A stretch of DNA of 63,072 nt. Origin: Candidatus Elulimicrobium sp. Its GTDB lineage: Bacteria > Patescibacteriota > Minisyncoccia > Phycocordibacterales > UBA918. A program made the position numbers and the translations under genes. Shown here piece after piece: positions 56,291 to 63,072 of this stretch. Below the pieces are notes generated by a model, which did no database searches, was not told the origin of the DNA, and saw nothing but the letters and a program-made list of their open reading frames with translations. The first letter of the stretch is position 1. Every line of letters begins with the position of its first letter. The stretch lies in contig DYNY01000005.1 of assembly GCA_020720815.1 (NCBI GenBank), positions 1 through 63,072 of the forward strand. The letters run 5' to 3'.

Positions 56291-57403
56291 ATGCGAATTG
56301 GTTTTGTTGGCGGAGGAACTGGCGGGCATTTCTATCCACTCATTGCTGTAGTGGAAGCAATGGAGTCATATCAAAATAAACCTGATCTATACTACTTTGG
56401 GCCAAACGCTTATAACAGTGAGCTCCTGAAAAAACACTCTGTAAAATTTGTTTATTGTCCGGCTGGAAAATTGCGATTATATTTCTCAATCCAAAATTTT
56501 TTTGATTTATTTCGTAACTTTTTTGGAGTTTTTGTTGCATTAATAAAACTTTATTTAATTTATCCTGATGTAATATTTAGTAAGGGTGGGTACACCAGTG
56601 TCCCAATTTTAATTGCCTCTCGTTTACTACGTATCCCAATAGTTATCCACGAATCAGACACTGTCCCCGGCCGTGCTAATCTTATGGCTAAGAAATTTGC
56701 TAAGTATATTGCTATTTCGTATCCTGAAACTTTTGATTCTTTTCCTAAAGACAAAACAGCTCTTACTGGCATTCCAATTAGACAAGCTTTACTTACTCTA
56801 GATCCAAAACCTTTTGTTACTTTAGGCATTCCTGATGATCTACCACTCATCTATGTAACTGGTGGCTCACTCGGAGCCGAGCGTATAAACAACTTAATTT
56901 TACGTTGCCTTGATGAACTACTACCCCAAGTGAGAATCTTCCATCAGACTGGTGAAGCAACGGAAAAAGAAATAGCTTTTACTGCCCAATCTCTTATCAC
57001 TAACCCTGAGCTACAAAGTCATTACTATGTAGCTGGCATATTACCAGTTGAAAAAATAAATGCACTTCTAAGTGCTTCATCATTAGTAATCACCAGAGCT
57101 GGCAGTACTACCTTATCTGAAATAGCTATTCATGGAACACCTAGTATAGTAATCCCTATCCCAGAAGATATAAGTCGAGACCAACGCTCTAATGCCTATG
57201 CTTTTGCTCGTACCGGGGCTGGTACAATTATTGAGGAGCGCAATTTGACCGAAGCCTTGCTGATATCGGAGATCCGTTCTATTATTGGCAATCAAGGACG
57301 TTGGCAGAAAATGAGCGAGTCTGCCCGGCAATTTGTTCCAATTGATGCGGCTTTAAAGATTGCTAGTATCCTAGTTAAAATCGGTACAGAACATGGATCT
57401 TAA
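56291..57403 (+). CDS. murG: UDP-N-acetylglucosamine-LPP N-acetylglucosaminyltransferase MurG
   Basis: GGGTGGHFYPLIAV, VTGGSLGA and ITRAGSTTLSEI. Confidence 0.9.
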   Translation: MRIGFVGGGTGGHFYPLIAVVEAMESYQNKPDLYYFGPNAYNSELLKKHSVKFVYCPAGKLRLYFSIQNFFDLFRNFFGVFVALIKLYLIYPDVIFSKGGYTSVPILIASRLLRIPIVIHESDTVPGRANLMAKKFAKYIAISYPETFDSFPKDKTALTGIPIRQALLTLDPKPFVTLGIPDDLPLIYVTGGSLGAERINNLILRCLDELLPQVRIFHQTGEATEKEIAFTAQSLITNPELQSHYYVAGILPVEKINALLSASSLVITRAGSTTLSEIAIHGTPSIVIPIPEDISRDQRSNAYAFARTGAGTIIEERNLTEALLISEIRSIIGNQGRWQKMSESARQFVPIDAALKIASILVKIGTEHGS

Positions 57404-58862
57404 TCCCACTAACCCAACTAAAGTCGTAACCCGTTTTGCGCCATCACCAACCGGCTTTTTACATGTAGGCAGTATACGAACAGCGCTATATGCTTATTTA
57501 TGGGCCAAAAAACATAATGGTACTTTTATTCTTCGCATCGAAGATACTGATAAATCTCGCGAGGTTCCTGGTTCGCTAGAACATCTACAAGAATCTCTAC
57601 GCTGGCTTAATATCAACTGGGATTATGGTCCAGATAACCCGGGAACTTATGGTTCCTGTATTCAATCAGAACGTCTAGCGATCTACAAAAAGTACGCTGA
57701 GGGCTTAATAAATAAAGGCCTTGCCTATGCTGACCCATACACTGAAGATGAATTAGACTCTTTCAGAGAGCGGGCAAAAATTGAAAAAAGGCCGTTTCTA
57801 TACCGCGATCACCGACCAGAAAACCCTCCAGCTTGGGATGGTACCAAGCCACTCCGACTTAAAGTAAAAGACGTAAAACGCTACACCTGGAACGATGCTG
57901 TTCGTGGCGAACTTAGCGCCGGCGAAGAAATGCTTGATGATTTGATTTTAATAAAATCAGATGGTTATCCCACCTATAACTTCGCACATATAATTGACGA
58001 TTACGAAATGGGTGTGACTCATGTAATGCGGGCAGATGAGTTTATCTCTAGTCAACCAAAGTTTTTGAGTATTTATGACGCTCTAGGTTTTACCTATCCC
58101 GTTTTTGTTACCTTACCACCAATTATGCGCGAAGACCGCACGAAAAAACTTGGTAAACGTGATGGGGCAAAAGATATACTTGATTACCGAGCTGATGGAT
58201 ACTTGCCAGAAGCGATGGTAAATTTCCTAGCTCTCATCGGTTGGAACCCTGGCACAGACCAAGAAATATTTTCTGAAGCAGAGTTGATTGTGGCATTTGA
58301 TATAACCAAAATTCAACGAGCTGGTGCTGCTTTTAACAAAGAAAAGTTGCTGTGGATGAATAAACAACACTTACTAAGAAAAACACCCGAACAATTAGTT
58401 GAGTATGTCACAAAAGCTCTTCCGGACAGCACCAAAAAACTACCACAATATTCAATAGAAAGACTAAAAAAATTAGTTCCAAACTTAATTGAGCGAATTC
58501 AGGTCGCAACTGACGTAAAGACTGCTTCAGAGGCAGGCGAATATGATTTCGCCTTTACAACACCAGAATACGAGATTAATTTGCTACTATGGAAAAATGA
58601 CACATCGCTCATGCAGGTTAAGCCTCGTCTAGAAAAGGCCAAAGAGTTATTAGCTAACGCTGACTTCACTAGTGCAGAAACTATTAAAGTATCTCTGTGG
58701 GACTATGCAGAACAAGTAGGGAAGGGAGAAATATTTTGGCCATTACGAGTCTGTCTATCTGGAAAAAAACAATCCCCAGACCCATTTACTATTGCCTGGA
58801 TAATCGGTCAAGTTGAAACTATCAAGCGAATTAAAAATGCTTATGATAAAATAGGGGAGTGA
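57393..58862 (+). CDS. gltX: glutamyl-tRNA synthetase
   Basis: RFAPSPTGFLHVGSIRTALY (HIGH) and KLGKRDG (KMSKS-equivalent). Confidence 0.9.
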   Translation: MDLNPTNPTKVVTRFAPSPTGFLHVGSIRTALYAYLWAKKHNGTFILRIEDTDKSREVPGSLEHLQESLRWLNINWDYGPDNPGTYGSCIQSERLAIYKKYAEGLINKGLAYADPYTEDELDSFRERAKIEKRPFLYRDHRPENPPAWDGTKPLRLKVKDVKRYTWNDAVRGELSAGEEMLDDLILIKSDGYPTYNFAHIIDDYEMGVTHVMRADEFISSQPKFLSIYDALGFTYPVFVTLPPIMREDRTKKLGKRDGAKDILDYRADGYLPEAMVNFLALIGWNPGTDQEIFSEAELIVAFDITKIQRAGAAFNKEKLLWMNKQHLLRKTPEQLVEYVTKALPDSTKKLPQYSIERLKKLVPNLIERIQVATDVKTASEAGEYDFAFTTPEYEINLLLWKNDTSLMQVKPRLEKAKELLANADFTSAETIKVSLWDYAEQVGKGEIFWPLRVCLSGKKQSPDPFTIAWIIGQVETIKRIKNAYDKIGE

Positions 58863-60172
58863 TTTATAGAAAATCGCTCGTAGCTTTCATATTAGCACTT
58901 GCCATCATACCGCTTCTAGCTAGTAATTTTAATTTTGTCTCTGCCCAAGAAACCGAATTAGAGAAACTCCAACAAAACATAAAAGATCGTGGTTCTAGGC
59001 TAGCCGAAATCGAAAAAGAAATTACCAAATATAAAAATGATTTGAAAACCGTCGGGACCGAAAAAAAAACTTTGCAGAATGCTATCAATCAACTCGAAAC
59101 CGAACGTAAAAAAGTCCAAGCTGAAATTTCAAAAACAGAAACTTTAATTAGCTATACCGATCTTGAAATAAATAAACTAATTATTGAAATAACACGTACC
59201 GAACAAGAAATCCAAGAAAATCATTCTGCTATTGCACAAATAATTCGTAGTCAATACCAGGACGGACAAGAGAGTATGATTGAACTCTTACTACAAAATG
59301 ACCACTTGTCTGAATTCTGGGGAACAATCGAGGAACAAGAGTCAGTTCGTAACAAAATGACGGAAAAAGTTTTATTACTAGGAACTTTGCAAAAGAGCTT
59401 AGATAATAAAAGAAAAGAAAATACAGACAAAAGAACCAATTTGGTGTCTCTAAAAACTCAGTATCACGACCAAAATTCAGTTCTAACCAATAATAAGACT
59501 GAGCAAGCAAAATTACTTGAAGTTACCAAAAGTGAAGAGAAGACCTATCAACAAATGTTAGCTCAGAAGCAAGAAGTTCGTGATCAAATAATCAAAGATC
59601 TGCGTGACTTTGAAGCTAAGATTCAGTTTATTTTAGATCCCAACACTATACCCACTTCTGGAACCCGTGTCTTTGATTGGCCACTTAAAAGTGTACTTAT
59701 TACACAGTATTTTGGTGGTACTGAATTTGCAAAGCAAAATGCCAGTGTTTACGCGGGTCGTGCATATCACCCCGGTATAGACCTTGGCACTCCTCGTGGT
59801 ACTGCCATCTACGCTCCATTAGCAGGCACAGTACGTGCAATCGGAAACACCGACCTGGTACCAGGTTGCTTCTCCTGGGGTAAATGGACTCTAATTGACC
59901 ATGCTAATGGTCTATCCACCCTCTATGCTCACCAAGACGTTATTAGTGTCTCACCTGGCCAAAAGGTCGCTACTGGAGAAATTATTGGTTATACCGGCAA
60001 CACTGGCTATTCCACCGGCCCACATTTACACTTTACCGTTTATGTAAAGGCTGGTGTTACTGTTCGTCAATTTAATGAAATAAAAACCGTCACTAGCTGC
60101 GGTCCAGCCTCTACACCGGTAGCAGCTAGTGATGCCTATATCGACCCAATGAATTATCTACCAGCCCTTTAA
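58859..60172 (+). CDS. M23 peptidase with a long N-terminal coiled coil (EnvC-like)
   Basis: Signal/TM segment, about 230 aa of coiled coil, then YHPGIDL...GNTGYSTGPHLHF. Confidence 0.85.
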   Translation: MIYRKSLVAFILALAIIPLLASNFNFVSAQETELEKLQQNIKDRGSRLAEIEKEITKYKNDLKTVGTEKKTLQNAINQLETERKKVQAEISKTETLISYTDLEINKLIIEITRTEQEIQENHSAIAQIIRSQYQDGQESMIELLLQNDHLSEFWGTIEEQESVRNKMTEKVLLLGTLQKSLDNKRKENTDKRTNLVSLKTQYHDQNSVLTNNKTEQAKLLEVTKSEEKTYQQMLAQKQEVRDQIIKDLRDFEAKIQFILDPNTIPTSGTRVFDWPLKSVLITQYFGGTEFAKQNASVYAGRAYHPGIDLGTPRGTAIYAPLAGTVRAIGNTDLVPGCFSWGKWTLIDHANGLSTLYAHQDVISVSPGQKVATGEIIGYTGNTGYSTGPHLHFTVYVKAGVTVRQFNEIKTVTSCGPASTPVAASDAYIDPMNYLPAL

Positions 60173-60178
60173 AATAAT

Positions 60179-60658
60179 ATGTTTGTTGAAAACTTTTATA
60201 ACTTTATTATTGTTGTCTCCATCCAATTTTTGTTTTATATTTTTCACGCTTACAAAGCAAGAGAACTACATAACTTAAAAAAAAGCAGTTATTCCGAGGT
60301 ATGATTATTGGTCTTCCTTTTGGTATTGCGTTTGATTTAATTGTCGGGCCACATGTTTGGCTTTCATAATTATGCCCTAGGTTATACTTGGTGGTTCCTA
60401 ATAATTAACGGATTATTCTCCTGGGGCTTGATGATTGCCAACGTCTTTTTACTTAAACACCATAGCTTGATTTATGTGTATCTATGGTCAGTTGGATTAG
60501 CTGTAGTGTACGAGATCGCTAATTATTTTTTTCCAGTTGGATTTGAAAGAATTGAATACCTAACTGCAATATTTTTTACCTACGCTTGTCTCACAATACT
60601 ACTAATGACAACCATGCGTCTAGCATACAAATTTCACTTCAAACTTTTACCATTTTAA
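60179..60658 (+). pseudogene. small membrane-protein gene split over three reading frames (possible pseudogene, phase-variable gene or assembly error)
   Basis: Frame 1 covers 60179-60304 and contains an A8 tract (60277-60284). Frame 2 covers 60301-60369. Frame 3 is the 60341-60658 ORF. Adding one A fuses frames 1 and 2, and a 1-nt change near 60345-60352 would fuse frames 2 and 3. Alternatively only ATG 60353-60658 is real. Confidence 0.35.
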
Positions 60659-60676
60659 ACACGCTATAAAATCAAA

Positions 60677-60695
60677 GCCACCCTACCGAGGTGGC
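60677..60695 (-). terminator. hairpin terminator downstream of the G+C-rich minus-strand ORF
   Basis: gccacc / ggtggc stem with a 7-nt loop; T-rich on the minus strand (tttgatttt). Confidence 0.5.
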
Positions 60696-60754
60696 CCTGC
60701 CAATTTTAGATTTGATCCAATTATATGCCGAAACCAACAATGCGTTAGTTGGTA

Positions 60755-61111
60755 CTAGCGGGTGCGACTTTTCTTGATGATATCAGCAATTTGCTGCTTC
60801 GCATTTTTGATCGCCTTCGTTCGAGCCAGGCGCCTTACCACCGCCTGATAGTGCACATACAAGCGAACCTTACCCAATCCAACCTGAACATAAACTCGGA
60901 CATTCTTCCGATGAAAGTCCGAATGTTGTAGAGAAGTAATCACCGGATGTTGTACTTCATACACACCATCGACCGGCTTGCCATCGACTTCGATCGATTG
61001 TTGCTCTAGTGTGCCAGCCGCGCAACCCTGGCTATTTAGCAAGTCAGCTAAAGCTTCATTGACTGAGTCATTTAAAGGTTTCACAAAGAAACGGTAAGTC
61101 GGTTCACTCAT
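60755..61111 (-). CDS. G+C-rich orphan protein with a basic C-terminal tail
   Basis: AGGAGA (61118-61123) is 6 nt upstream of ATG 61111. 118 aa; no recognisable motif. Confidence 0.5.
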   Translation of the reverse strand: MSEPTYRFFVKPLNDSVNEALADLLNSQGCAAGTLEQQSIEVDGKPVDGVYEVQHPVITSLQHSDFHRKNVRVYVQVGLGKVRLYVHYQAVVRRLARTKAIKNAKQQIADIIKKSRTR

Positions 61112-61203
61112 TTTATTTCTCCTAAAGGTTTGATAGGTGAGAAGGAACAAACTCAGAATACAGCATAGCTCTTTATTACAAATAGTAAAGACGGAATTAT
61201 TTT

Positions 61204-61824
61204 AATGTCGCACAATATTCTTTAGGGGAGGGTTAGACAAGAGTAGGTGAGAGAAGTGCAAGAACTTATATTTAAAACAACAGGACTTGTAATAATCTTT
61301 TTGTTACAAATAAATTATTATTTAAGAAAATTTCTAAAACAGAATTCATATAAATAAAATACAAAACTTTTAAATAAATTTCTATTCAAAATTATTTTTA
61401 CAAAATTCAATGTCAAAAAGAACTTAAGCTTAATAAAAAATCAACTAACTGTCCGACAGAAACTTGTAATGTCCGAGAAAGAGTTCAGATGACATTACCT
61501 ACGTCTACCTACACCAAAGTGGCTTAAATTCGATTGTAAAGCTTCAAAATAGCTAGTTTAAATGGGGGGGGTTGCAAAGTTATACAAGTCTAAATAACAA
61601 ATGACGGGATTTTAGGTAAATAAACCAACTAAATAAAAACCCGACAATGAAACATACATAAACAAATCATTTATAAAAAAGTAAATAAATTACCACACAC
61701 ATAAACCTTGCTCAATAAAGTAATGCCTAAACCACACAAAGGGCCTATTTGTGGTTGCTATATTAAGCTATATAAACTGAGATATCATATAGTTTATGTC
61801 GCAAAAGATATATTGTGCGACATT
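61204..61824. repeat. 15-bp perfect inverted repeats bracketing about 590 bp of A+T-rich non-coding DNA
   Basis: aatgtcgcacaatat (61204-61218) is the exact reverse complement of atattgtgcgacatt (61810-61824). The match extends to about 20 of 21 with one indel. There is also a local hairpin atgtcgca (61796-61803) / tgcgacat (61816-61823). Confidence 0.7.
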
Positions 61825-61923
61825 CATTAATATATAAATACTATTCTTTTTCAAGAAAGGTACTCTTCCCCATTTATTATATGTAAGTTAGTTAGATCCA
61901 AAATAGATTGAAAAAGCCAATCT

Positions 61924-62400
61924 TCATATTTCATTTTTTGTCTTCGTAAGTCGACATATAACCTGGTACTGCTTTTTCGTTATCTCTATAACCGACAGCC
62001 GATTCCCTTTCTTCAAAAATTGTAAGTTTGAAAATATTGCGTCCGCTTTTAGTTCATCTAGCGACACGGTACGAGAAAACATTTTAACAAAACCAACCAC
62101 TGGTCCAAGCCAGCAGGGAGCGTCTGGGTTTGATTTAGAATCAAAGTATTTATGTTCGGAAATAAACTGACTTGGGTCGGTATCAGCTGATTTCACTATC
62201 TCCATCTCCCCCACTATCCCAATCTCCCTACAATTCGAATGATAAAACAGCGCCATATCGCCGACATTCATATCATCCCTAAACATATTGCGAACCTGGT
62301 AATTTCTGACCCCATCCCAAAAAACCGTTTTCTTTCTCGCCAATTCATCAATGCCAAATTCACTTGGCTCACTCTTCATTATCCAGTATTTCTTAGCCAT
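61924..62400 (-). CDS. EVE-domain (PUA-like) protein
   Basis: MAKKYWIMKSEPSEF...WDGVRNYQVRNMFRDDMNVGDMALFYHSN is the canonical EVE/Thy28 N-terminal signature. Confidence 0.8.
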   Translation of the reverse strand: MAKKYWIMKSEPSEFGIDELARKKTVFWDGVRNYQVRNMFRDDMNVGDMALFYHSNCREIGIVGEMEIVKSADTDPSQFISEHKYFDSKSNPDAPCWLGPVVGFVKMFSRTVSLDELKADAIFSNLQFLKKGNRLSVIEITKKQYQVICRLTKTKNEI

Positions 62401-62418
62401 ATTTGTTTAACTATTAGT

Positions 62419-62454
62419 AGACACAAAAAGCGCCCGCAGGCGCTGTTTGTGTCT
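62419..62454 (-). terminator. rho-independent terminator between the SLT-like gene and the EVE gene
   Basis: 17-bp stem with one mismatch (agacacaaaaagcgcc / ggcgctgtttgtgtct), loop cgca; the minus strand reads gcgcctgcgggcgcttttt. Confidence 0.7.
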
Positions 62455-62457
62455 TAA

Positions 62458-62790
62458 TTAGATATTCATCGCCAATGTCTTGCTCCAACAAGAAGCAGAA
62501 GCACTCCATGGCTTTGTTCCTTGTGTCTCATAGAGATATCGGGCATAAGCCATATTGTGATAAATATCGTCAAGGTTCAGTTTCATTGCATCTGCAGTTT
62601 TCTTATGATACCGCTTGTTAATTTGCATAACACCAGTATCAGCTGGATCAATCCTTCCCTTTAAGATACTTCCGTCCTCAAGGGTGTGTTGAAAAGTTGA
62701 TTCACAACGTGCAATCTGAACCATAATAGGTAGGTCACGGAAATAGGAGCGGACAATCTTCTCGGTATCGAGATTACTAACACTCTCCAT
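62458..62790 (-). CDS. lysozyme-like / lytic transglycosylase (SLT-like) domain protein
   Basis: IARCESTFQH, GVMQIN and Y..MAYARYLY resemble goose-type/SLT folds. The reading frame stays open upstream to an in-frame TAA at 62911-62913 (see findings). Confidence 0.55.
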   Translation of the reverse strand: MESVSNLDTEKIVRSYFRDLPIMVQIARCESTFQHTLEDGSILKGRIDPADTGVMQINKRYHKKTADAMKLNLDDIYHNMAYARYLYETQGTKPWSASASCWSKTLAMNI

Positions 62791-62978
62791 CTCCTCCGTT
62801 ACTGAAGTGGTAACGATATGACCATACTCTGTACTAGACGGTAAAGCTGTAGAAATCGATGTAGCAGCTAGAACCGCAAGTATTACAGTGGATAAAATAA
62901 GCCAATGGTCTTATCTAACAAATATCAGCCCTAGAGCCGATAACCGCAAAATCATAGCATACTTGGCGGATTTATAAT

Positions 62979-63007
62979 ATTTTAGCATGATTTTGCCTTT
63001 TTGTCAA
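62979..63007 (-). promoter_or_regulatory. near-consensus sigma-70 promoter (minus strand)
   Basis: The minus strand reads TTGACA (63007-63002), a 17-nt spacer, then TAAAAT (62984-62979), pointing toward the SLT-like/EVE genes. Confidence 0.5.
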
Positions 63008-63072
63008 AAATTTTAACGGCAGATTCAATCCCTAAGTGCACCACCCCAGACTTCTAATGGACTTTTAAAACC

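Noticed and set aside
62887-62895. DnaA-box-like TTATCCACT (minus strand), and the nearby AT-rich tract as a replication origin
   Set aside because: There is a single 8/9 match lying inside the reading frame of the SLT-like gene. No cluster of boxes and no dnaA or dnaN neighbourhood is present.
1-63072. Alternative genetic code (UGA as Gly, code 25) or a CRISPR array
   Set aside because: Conserved proteins (LeuRS, DnaK, AlaRS, RpoA and others) are uninterrupted under the standard code. TGA terminates mnmA (22523-22525) and the MGMT gene (25144-25146) at the expected protein ends. No regularly spaced direct repeats were seen anywhere.

Overview
Gene-dense (about 90% coding) 63-kb chromosomal fragment from a low-G+C bacterium, mostly housekeeping. 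Content: a phosphohexomutase, an RND efflux pair, two MltG paralogues, SppA and YchF. Five aminoacyl-tRNA synthetases (leuS, alaS, trpS, aspS, gltX) and mnmA. The ribosomal/RNAP cluster infA-rpmJ-rpsM-rpsK-rpsD-rpoA-rplQ-rplM-rpsI, then grpE-dnaK-dnaJ and scpA-scpB. A cell-wall block (DD-carboxypeptidase, mraY, ftsW, murG) and peptidases PepF, PepA and M23. Core genes almost lack Shine-Dalgarno motifs, there are many small hypothetical membrane proteins, AspRS is archaeal-type, AlaRS lacks C-Ala, and a sigma-r4/HARE-HTH protein is present. Together these suggest a reduced Patescibacteria/CPR-like genome (inference only). I found no rRNA, tRNA or CRISPR array. Most notable observations: (1) a T-box riboswitch upstream of aspS with a textbook antiterminator, an unusually short kink-turn/hairpin Stem I presenting GAC, and an unresolved 236-nt expression platform. 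(2) Four small G+C-rich, SD-bearing single-gene islets: a lipoprotein, a proteobacterial-type hpf, an aldose-epimerase-like gene and an orphan ORF. (3) An accessory right end: orphan ORF, a 770-bp AT-rich non-coding tract with 15-bp inverted repeats, an EVE-domain protein, and an SLT-like gene with an in-frame TAA. (4) Decayed genes: a transposase remnant between rpsI and grpE, an HD-hydrolase remnant and a frameshifted membrane gene. (5) Nuclease and nucleotide-sensing oddities: an ATP-cone/PD-(D/E)XK fusion and a Cas4-like nuclease overlapping an MGMT domain. All product calls rest on motif recognition by eye; no database search was possible.
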